A stretch of DNA of 64,000 nt, from contig OY780936.1 of NCBI GenBank assembly GCA_963675905.1, forward strand, positions 1,247,946 through 1,311,945, given 5' to 3'. Positions 59,939 to 64,000 of this stretch are shown here, piece after piece; the stretch's first letter is position 1, and each line of letters opens with the position of its first letter. The translations under genes and the position numbers were made by a program. The notes under the pieces were generated by a model. The model was not told where the DNA came from. It saw only the letters and a list, made by a program, of their open reading frames with translations, and made no database searches. The stretch comes from an uncultured Bacteroides sp. (lineage in GTDB: Bacteria; Bacteroidota; Bacteroidia; Bacteroidales; Bacteroidaceae).

Positions 59939-59988
59939 ATGCCTTCCTGCAAAATACATCCATAAAAATGCAATTTGTAAGAAGGCAT
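59939..59988. terminator. Hairpin after the GH35 gene
   Basis: ATGCCTTC(C)TGCAAA...TTTGTAAGAAGGCAT. Confidence 0.5.
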
Positions 59989-60006
59989 CGAAATAAAAAC
60001 TTAGGC

Positions 60007-62340
60007 TTAGTACTTAAAAGGAGTTCCCTTTAAGTAGACTCTATAATCCTTAATCATTCCCGGACAACCTTTTTCTGCTCGTGGCAGATATCTGAAGCCT
60101 GTAACTACTGCATCCTTTCCAAGATCTATCACAACCTGATGAGGATAAGCTGCATTGTCTACCGCACTCCAGAATGTAGATTCCTGAAGATCGAAGATCT
60201 TGTCGGCTGTACGGTTACCGCTTCTGGTTTCTTCACTGTCGGCATAAAGGATCTTCCAGTTTTCACGGGATAGTGGCTGACCGTCGGCTCCCAATACGTG
60301 AAGCTCTGCAACAGAAGCTATATTGCTGCCATCGAAAGAGGATAATCCTTCCAGACAGAAATAGCGTCCTTGTACTTGCTTGTCGAACTTCACTTCCTGC
60401 CAACCATTACGAAGTGTAAATGCGCCTTGCGCTACAGCTGTTTCGTTTTGAAGTTCTAACTTCTGACCACTCTTACGGTGGGTTTCAGGAGCTTTTTCAC
60501 GAAGCATATCCAGGATTGGCTTTTTCAAACCTTTCACTATGGCTTGCTGAGGACCTTTCAGGTCGAGAACAATAATCTCGTTCTCACCCTTCTTCAGCCA
60601 GCAGCCGGGCATGTAAAGTGTTTGCTGTGGACCGATCTCCCAGATTCTACCCATGGCATGTCCGTTTACCCAAACCATACCTTTACCCCAAGTCTGCATA
60701 TCAAGGAAGGTATCCCCTGTTTCTTTCAAATTGAAGGTTGCACGGTAATAGGCAGGCATAGTCTGTTTGCCTTTTGCTGTATATTTCTTATTCTGAACAA
60801 ATTTGTAATCAACCGGGAAGTTGTAGACTGTCCAGTTTTTCAAGTTAACGGCATTGCCATTTAAAAGTAGCTCTACCTTTTCGGTAATACCTTTACGATC
60901 GTGGATAGATTTATCGAAGTTTACACGTCCCATGGCTTCTACCAGGATATCCAGTCTGGCACCGGCTTTCAAGGCAGGAAGTGTAACGCTGTTTTCTCCG
61001 TGACGGCGATCCAGACGACCAATCAGTTTTCCATTGACAAAGATCTGAGCCCAGTCGTGCATTTCAGTAATCAGCAAGGTTGTTCCAGCTTTTACCTGAG
61101 GTAAAGTTGTGCGGTACAGAATAGTTCCCCATCCCTGATTGAACTGTTCCATTGGTTTGATATCCACACTATTTTTAGGAGCAGGAAGGTTGGCAAACAA
61201 AGGAGCAGCTGCTTCGAACTTGATTGCCGGAATTTCGATAACCGGATAGGCTGCAGGTACTTCAACAAGCTTTTCTCCAGGAGCTACATATTTGGAAAGA
61301 AGTTCACGTAACTGCCAGAACTTAGGTGTTGTCCATCCGGCTTCACTGATTGGAGCATCGTAATCATAAGAACTACACATGGCTGAGTATGCCGGATTGT
61401 TGGCACCTCCCCAATGACCGAAGGTGGTTCCTCCGTGAGTCATGTACAGACTGAAAGATATATTCTGATCGAGCATATCCTTTAGGCCGGCAACCATCGT
61501 TGCTCCGTCACGAGTCTCGTGCTTGCGTCCCCAGTGATCGAACCATCCCGACCAGAACTCACTACACATCAGTGGAGATTCCGGGCGAAGACTTTTCAGT
61601 TTCTTGAACTGACTCTCAATATTGGCACCAGTACCAAAGTTTACAGTCCACAACAAATCGTCCAATGCATTATTGGTAAAGTTAGAACTCCAGTCGCACT
61701 GAAAAAGCGGAACTTCGGTAAAGCCCGATTCACGAACGATATCTCTGATTGCACTTACATAAGGCTTGTCTGTGCCATAAGAACCATATTCGTTTTCTAC
61801 CTGAACCATGATGATATTACCACCACGGGTAATCTGCAGATCAGCCAGTTGCTTGCCAATTTCCTTCATAAACTTGCGCACACGCTCCATGTAATAAGTA
61901 TCAAGCGTACGAAGCTTTACGTCCTTCTTAAGCAACCACCAGGGCAGTCCGCCCATTTCCCACTCAGCACATACATACGGACCAGGGCGAACAATAACGT
62001 ACATACCATGTTTCTGAGCCAGACGGCAGAAACGGGCTATATCTTTGTTGCCTGTAAAGTCAAACTCATCGGGATTCTGTTCGTGCAGATTCCAGAACAC
62101 ATACAGACAAAGGGTATTCATGCCAAGCGATTTACACATCTCAATGCGTTGCTCCCAATAAGCATCGGGAATACGCGGATAGTGTATCTCTGCCGCTTTA
62201 ATAACAAAAGGCTTGTCGTTCAGCAGGAATGTGTTCTTGCCTGCTTTGAATGTTCCTCCTGCCGGCTGCGTCTGCGCGCTAGAACAGGCAGCCATGCTAA
62301 AAATCAACGTAAACAATAGGGATCTAAATAAATAATTCAT
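60007..62340 (-). CDS. GH35 beta-galactosidase with C-terminal F5/8 (CBM32-like) domain, possible lipoprotein
   Basis: Motifs AAEIHYPR, YVFWNLHE, RPGPYVCAEWEMGGLP, QVENEYG, SEFWSGWFDHWG, SYDYDAP, WGKG, GPQQTLY; C-terminal YPHQVVIDLG...GFRYLPR. Confidence 0.94.
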   Translation of the reverse strand: MNYLFRSLLFTLIFSMAACSSAQTQPAGGTFKAGKNTFLLNDKPFVIKAAEIHYPRIPDAYWEQRIEMCKSLGMNTLCLYVFWNLHEQNPDEFDFTGNKDIARFCRLAQKHGMYVIVRPGPYVCAEWEMGGLPWWLLKKDVKLRTLDTYYMERVRKFMKEIGKQLADLQITRGGNIIMVQVENEYGSYGTDKPYVSAIRDIVRESGFTEVPLFQCDWSSNFTNNALDDLLWTVNFGTGANIESQFKKLKSLRPESPLMCSEFWSGWFDHWGRKHETRDGATMVAGLKDMLDQNISFSLYMTHGGTTFGHWGGANNPAYSAMCSSYDYDAPISEAGWTTPKFWQLRELLSKYVAPGEKLVEVPAAYPVIEIPAIKFEAAAPLFANLPAPKNSVDIKPMEQFNQGWGTILYRTTLPQVKAGTTLLITEMHDWAQIFVNGKLIGRLDRRHGENSVTLPALKAGARLDILVEAMGRVNFDKSIHDRKGITEKVELLLNGNAVNLKNWTVYNFPVDYKFVQNKKYTAKGKQTMPAYYRATFNLKETGDTFLDMQTWGKGMVWVNGHAMGRIWEIGPQQTLYMPGCWLKKGENEIIVLDLKGPQQAIVKGLKKPILDMLREKAPETHRKSGQKLELQNETAVAQGAFTLRNGWQEVKFDKQVQGRYFCLEGLSSFDGSNIASVAELHVLGADGQPLSRENWKILYADSEETRSGNRTADKIFDLQESTFWSAVDNAAYPHQVVIDLGKDAVVTGFRYLPRAEKGCPGMIKDYRVYLKGTPFKY

Positions 62341-62377
62341 ACTATTAAATTAAATGTTCGTTTTATTATAGTGGGTA

Positions 62378-64000
62378 TTACCCAACAACTTCTATTTTAC
62401 TTCTGCCATTCACCGTTTTTTCTACCCTGACCTGCGTGGCAATATGTTCGTTCATCTCACTAACATGAGAGATTACACCAATTTTCCGACCTTGTGTCTG
62501 AAGTCGCTCAAGAGCATCCATGGCAACACCCAATGTTTCTGCATCCAGAGAGCCAAAGCCTTCATCGATAAACAAAGACTCCACCTTCATCCTATTCGAT
62601 GACAGCGACGATAGTCCCAAAGCCAATGCCAGAGAGACCAAAAACGATTCTCCACCCGAAAGTGTATGCACACTTCTTATCTCGCCAAGCATATCCAAGT
62701 CGATAACTTCCAATCCCAATGTCTCGGGAATCCGTTTCAGTTCGTAACGCTTGGAAAGTTCCTGCAGATGCTTATTGGCGTAAGTAAGCAGCACATCGAG
62801 CGTGTAACCCTGAGCAATCTCCTTAAATTTAGAGCCGGAAGCCGATCCAAAGAGCTGATTAAGCTTCTTCCAGTTCTCGGCCAATGCCTCCTTTACAGGA
62901 AGTTCTTTCTCAATCTTCTTCACCTTTTCCTTGCCCTGCTTATGATTGGCAAAGGTTGCATCAATCGCAGCATCCCGCTTCAGCATAGCATCCAGTTGGG
63001 TGTTTGCATCCTGTAATTGAGTCTGCAGGTTATCCATTGATTCTTCTTCACCCTGCGGACGAACTTCGGCCGACTGATGTTGTTCCAGCTTCTTTTTACG
63101 TTCATTCAACGTAGCACTGATTGTAATTTCATTCTTCTTCAGCTGATCGAGAGCCCTCTTCTCATTAGTTAGCCATGTACTATCCTTCTGCAGGAGTTCG
63201 GCTAACAGTTCCAATGTAATTGCCCCATTCTTTTGTGCAATCCACTCTCCTACACTGTTTTGCAATATTTTGTTGCGCTCATCCAAGCGTTCAAGCATGA
63301 CTGTAACCTCCTTGATTCCACCTTTCAGACTCTCGCTGTTTGCATTCAGCTTATTCAGCTCTTCACTCAATTTTCTGAATTCCTCTTCAACGCCCCTTTT
63401 CTTTTTTTGGAAAGCACCGGCCACCTCATCAGCCTTTTTTCCGTCCAGCAGTTTTTTCCTTTCAGCTGCCAGATCGTTATATTCAGTGCGATAATCAGCC
63501 AGCTTCTTAGTCTTTTCTTCCTCTCCCTTAATAGCCTCTTCCAAATTCTTTTTTTCTCCTGTAAGAGCCGTTTGCAGGTTTATACTCTTATCTTTTATCT
63601 GATTCAGTTCTACCTGATTATTAGACCATTCAGCTGCTAGCTTTTGAAGCTTTACTTGAAGCGTGCCTTGTTCAAAATCAGCTTTCCATGCGGGCAGAGC
63701 GACAAGATAAGAATCGGCATCGGCAAAGGCATCCTTGTATTGCTGAGTGTAGCTCTCAACCATCGTTGCAAGGCGGGTAATCTCCTTATTTGATTCCTCA
63801 ATACCAGCGTTCAGCTCTTCCAATTGCTTCTTTACACTCTCTTTGGCACGGTTCAGTTCTACCTCTTCCAGATTAGCTTCACTGCTGACACCTTCTACAC
63901 GCAACGGATGATGCAGACTCCCGCACACCGGACAAGCTACTCCGTCCGACAGTTTCTCGCGTAATGCAAGAATCTCTGCTGGCAACAGTTTATCCAGTCT
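62378..64000 (-). CDS. sbcC: Exonuclease SbcC (Rad50-like ATPase), 3' part; 5' end lies beyond the window
   Basis: Zinc hook CPVCGS, long coiled coil, signature LSGGE, Walker B LFIDEGFGSLD, H-loop VISHV; frame stays open to the window edge. Confidence 0.93.
   Translation of the reverse strand, partial: RLDKLLPAEILALREKLSDGVACPVCGSLHHPLRVEGVSSEANLEEVELNRAKESVKKQLEELNAGIEESNKEITRLATMVESYTQQYKDAFADADSYLVALPAWKADFEQGTLQVKLQKLAAEWSNNQVELNQIKDKSINLQTALTGEKKNLEEAIKGEEEKTKKLADYRTEYNDLAAERKKLLDGKKADEVAGAFQKKKRGVEEEFRKLSEELNKLNANSESLKGGIKEVTVMLERLDERNKILQNSVGEWIAQKNGAITLELLAELLQKDSTWLTNEKRALDQLKKNEITISATLNERKKKLEQHQSAEVRPQGEEESMDNLQTQLQDANTQLDAMLKRDAAIDATFANHKQGKEKVKKIEKELPVKEALAENWKKLNQLFGSASGSKFKEIAQGYTLDVLLTYANKHLQELSKRYELKRIPETLGLEVIDLDMLGEIRSVHTLSGGESFLVSLALALGLSSLSSNRMKVESLFIDEGFGSLDAETLGVAMDALERLQTQGRKIGVISHVSEMNEHIATQVRVEKTVNGRSKIEVVG

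Overview
Low-GC Bacteroidaceae (Bacteroides-like) chromosomal window, mostly conserved core genes: proS, uxaC/uxaB, nif3/Zn-ribbon, amn-holA, XRE-pyrK-pyrD, trmD/ligA-dapA, four tandem tRNA-Arg(ACG), patatin, htpG, clpC, gyrA-TPR, USP, the moxR-DUF58-batA-E operon, the rpmB-rpmG-DUF4295-ftsY-rimO-HU-HU/LysM cluster, cinA-tsaD, map, an atypical RprY-like regulator, tamB, GH53, mscS, GH35 and the 3' part of sbcC. I found no CRISPR array, IS, integrase or prophage. The most interesting items are: (1) two sequence-unrelated families of intergenic palindrome arrays that share an exact 22-bp period and four units (TGTACA core at 11-98 and 41418-41500; TCCGGCCGGA core at 49577-49652); (2) a dispersed GTGAGGG REP-like element; (3) an HU-transmembrane-LysM protein that could tether the nucleoid to peptidoglycan, next to a plain HU gene; (4) an orphan RprY paralog that has lost all phosphorylation-site residues; (5) a probable non-AUG start for tamB; (6) phased operator-like repeats where a LacI gene usually lies between uxaC and uxaB; (7) a 911-bp motif-rich intergenic region upstream of an XRE regulator. 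All family assignments come from motif recognition by eye and no database search was run. Comparisons with other Bacteroides genomes are from memory.
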